This document shows, piece by piece, positions 61,445 through 64,000 of a DNA stretch of 64,000 nucleotides. Each line of letters starts with the position of its first letter. Position 1 is the stretch's first letter. A program made the position numbers and the translations under genes. The notes beneath the pieces were generated by a model. It did no database searches and had not been told where the DNA came from. It saw only the letters and a list, made by a program, of their open reading frames with translations. Source of the DNA: Azolla caroliniana (taxonomy: Eukaryota > Plantae > Polypodiophyta); assembly GCA_043228905.1 (NCBI GenBank), contig JBHGNT010000016.1, positions 8,742,001-8,806,000 on the forward strand, written 5' to 3'.

Positions 61445-62280
61445 CTATGGCAGTAGCTAATTAGTTATCACTCTTGATACTACTTAGCTAATTAGTTACA
61501 TCTTAGCTAAATAGTTGCTAGACTATAGGTTGGCAGTAGCTAATTAACTACATCTTAGCCAAATAGCTATTCTTCTTAAATATGGCAGTAGCTAATAAGC
61601 TATCACTCTTGATACTGCTTAGCTAATTAGCTACTAGACTATAGGTTGGTAGTAGCTAATTAGCTACCACTTAGCTAATTACGTACCACTCTTGATATTG
61701 CTCAGCTAATTAGCTACTAGATTATAGATTGGTAGTAGCGAATTAGCTACATCTTAGCTAATTAGCTATTATTCTTAACTATGGCAGTAGCTAATTAGCA
61801 ACCACTCTTGATACTGCTTAGCTATTAGCTGCTGACATTAGATTGACAATAGCTAATTAGCTATTCTACTTAAGTATGGTAGTAGCTAATTAGCTATTCT
61901 ATTTAAGTATGGTAGTAGCTAATTAGCTATTCTATTTAATTATGGTAGTAGCTAATTAGCTACCACTTAGCTAATTAACTACATCTTAGCTAATTAGTTG
62001 CTAGACTATAGGTTGGCAATAGCTAATTAGCTACATCTTAGGTAATTAGCTATTCTTCTTAAATATGGTAGTAGCTAATTAGCTACCACTTTTGATATTG
62101 CTTAGCATTAGTTGCTCGACCATAGATTTGCAGTAGCTAATTAGCTACATCTTGGCTAATTAACTAATATCTAGGTTGTAGTTAATTAGCTACTACACTA
62201 TAGAACCATAAGCTAAATAGCTACCACACTTTATACGGCTTAGCTAATTAGCTAAGATGTAACTAATTAGCTACTACACT
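61445..62280. repeat. Second TAGCTAATTAGCTA palindrome array
   Basis: Dozens of copies, spaced 20-35 bp apart. Confidence 0.85.
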
Positions 62281-63167
62281 ATAGAGACAAGCAACAATTT
62301 CACCTGTCGGTTTTCTTCACTCATCTGGGAGAGTTGTATTGCAATCCCCCAAACAAACTACAACAATGTCATAGGCATATTGAAAACAAACGATATGGTC
62401 TGTGTGCTAGCAGTTTTGTCCCTACCCCTAAGCCGCAAGCAATGCAATGTGCTTGAACAACCAATATATCATTGCTTGGTTCTCCTTCGTTTGGTAAGGG
62501 AGCAAGAATGTTGAGGTCCAATTATTCTATGTTCTTTACCATCCCCTCCACAAAATGTAGCTGCTTCTTAAGGCAGCTAACTACCTGTTCTTGACGGGAG
62601 TATTGTTCCTAGAACATAGCCAAGAAATTACCCATTTATCATTCCTTAATAAGGACGATAGAAGAACAAGAAAGAAGAATAATTAACTTAATTGGAGGTT
62701 CTCCAAATTGTAATCAACGATAGTATTTACACCTAGAAGGTCCAGGTTCATTGAAAGATTTTGGATCTCGGTCTGTAGTTATATTTTCCGCTAGGGATCC
62801 AGCGACCCCTCAATTTCGAGTTCATGTTGAGCAACCTGTTCCAGATAATGCCTCATTAAGCACATTTTCATGTACAAGTTATTTATAACATGTTACATAC
62901 TAGCAAAACAATAGAGACATAGGCTTCATGGACATTTTTTAGCTTATAGCTAATCAATGTCTCACCTGTATCATCGACATTGCCTTTCATTGTGTTTCGG
63001 TGTGGTGTATACTTGCGGGTTTATTGGGAGTCAGCAGTTGCATCATCAACTGTCATGCTCCAAAATCTTGCCATTTTTTGATGCAAGATCCCCATCTTCC
63101 GGCATCATTCTACCGATGCCTCACCATAAATAGCCCAAGCTACCCTATACATTTCAGGGTCCGTTGT

Positions 63168-64000
63168 TGTCATGATATGGCAAGGCTCGAACCCATGACC
63201 TTATGTTATATGGGTCGAGCTCTTGACCATTATACCATCTATTGTAATACATAAGATATTATTTTCATTTAAGTTTTATTATAGGAAATTAATGTATATT
63301 CTAGATTTCTTTGGAACATTCTAGAAGCTTCAGGATTACTCTTAAGAACACTGTAAAAGAAGGCACTAGGCATTATGTTGAACCAAATTGGTTCAACACC
63401 AGTCTTAAGCCTCTTAGCCATTTTGTACTTATCCTTCACATAATATATTAGTTGTTATCATCATCTCTCTCTCTCTCTTTCTCGCTATCTCTCTTCTCTC
63501 TTCTCTGTCTCTCTCTCTTGGGAATCTTACGCAGTCCCGTCCTCTTAGTACTAATAGTACTTCTCTTCTTTAGTACTAATTCCCTCTCAACTTTAGTACT
63601 ATTCTTGACAGTTTGAACCAATTTTCTCCTCCAGCCTACTTGTTGTTCTCCCTCATCCTCCTATCGTTTTCCCTATACTATGGCTATTATTAGCGCCCAA
63701 GAATATCAATCCGTTTTCTCCGAGCTATAGGGCCTAAAAGAAAAATTTGTTGCCTTGGAACAAGAAAACCAACGGATAATAGGGGATCTGCAACAAATCG
63801 CTCTAGAAAAACAACAAATGCACCAACAACATGGGGAGTTAGCGTTACAGGTACAACAACTCGAAGCAGCATTACAATGAGGATCAAGTCCCCAAGGATT
63901 TCATAAAGAGCCGAAGATTGGACTTCCTGTGAAATTTGATGGAACGCGATTGCAATTCAAGGGATTCCTTAATCAGGTACGATTAGTTATCCAAATGCAT
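63168..64000 (+). mobile_element. 5' end of a Tcn1/Tf1-type chromoviral Gypsy element (LTR 63168-63610 plus gag start)
   Basis: TGTCATGA...TCTTGACA termini and a (CT)n-rich U5. The gag reads EPKIGLPVKFDGTRLQFKGFLNQVRLVIQMH at the window end. Confidence 0.75.

Noticed and set aside
61445-62280. CRISPR-like array
   Set aside because: The context is a eukaryotic TE region, spacing is irregular, the spacers are themselves repetitive, and there are no cas genes.
62330-63167. Possible host gene or LINE ORF1 remnant
   Set aside because: No recognisable motif or sustained frame; left unassigned.

Overview
A 64-kb, gene-free nest of transposable elements from a land-plant genome. The element families suggest a seed-free plant such as a fern, lycophyte or bryophyte; this is inference. 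Contents: (i) five related non-chromovirus Ty3/Gypsy elements (here D, E, C, A, B), all on the + strand and nested into one another between 1.3 and 34.2 kb, with the structure reconstructable from LTR ends and TSDs; (ii) two more divergent relatives on the - strand (G fragment, F); (iii) two full-length Ty1/Copia elements with TSDs and a third Copia LTR fragment; (iv) two LINE fragments; (v) a decayed Sola2-like DDE transposase with TAGCTAATTAGCTA palindrome arrays; (vi) the 5' end of a Tcn1/Tf1-type chromovirus that appears to self-prime. Main finding: the Gypsy clade has no polypurine tract. In its place, exactly 2 nt before the 3' LTR, is a sense copy of the 3' half of tRNA-Arg(UCU) ending in CCA, with a 13-14-nt hairpin inserted in the T-loop. 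The hairpin's sequence differs among three families but its structure is conserved. This points to tRNA-primed, or tRNA-mimic-primed, plus-strand synthesis. The same clade also carries a conserved extra ORF of about 830 aa with a long coiled coil.
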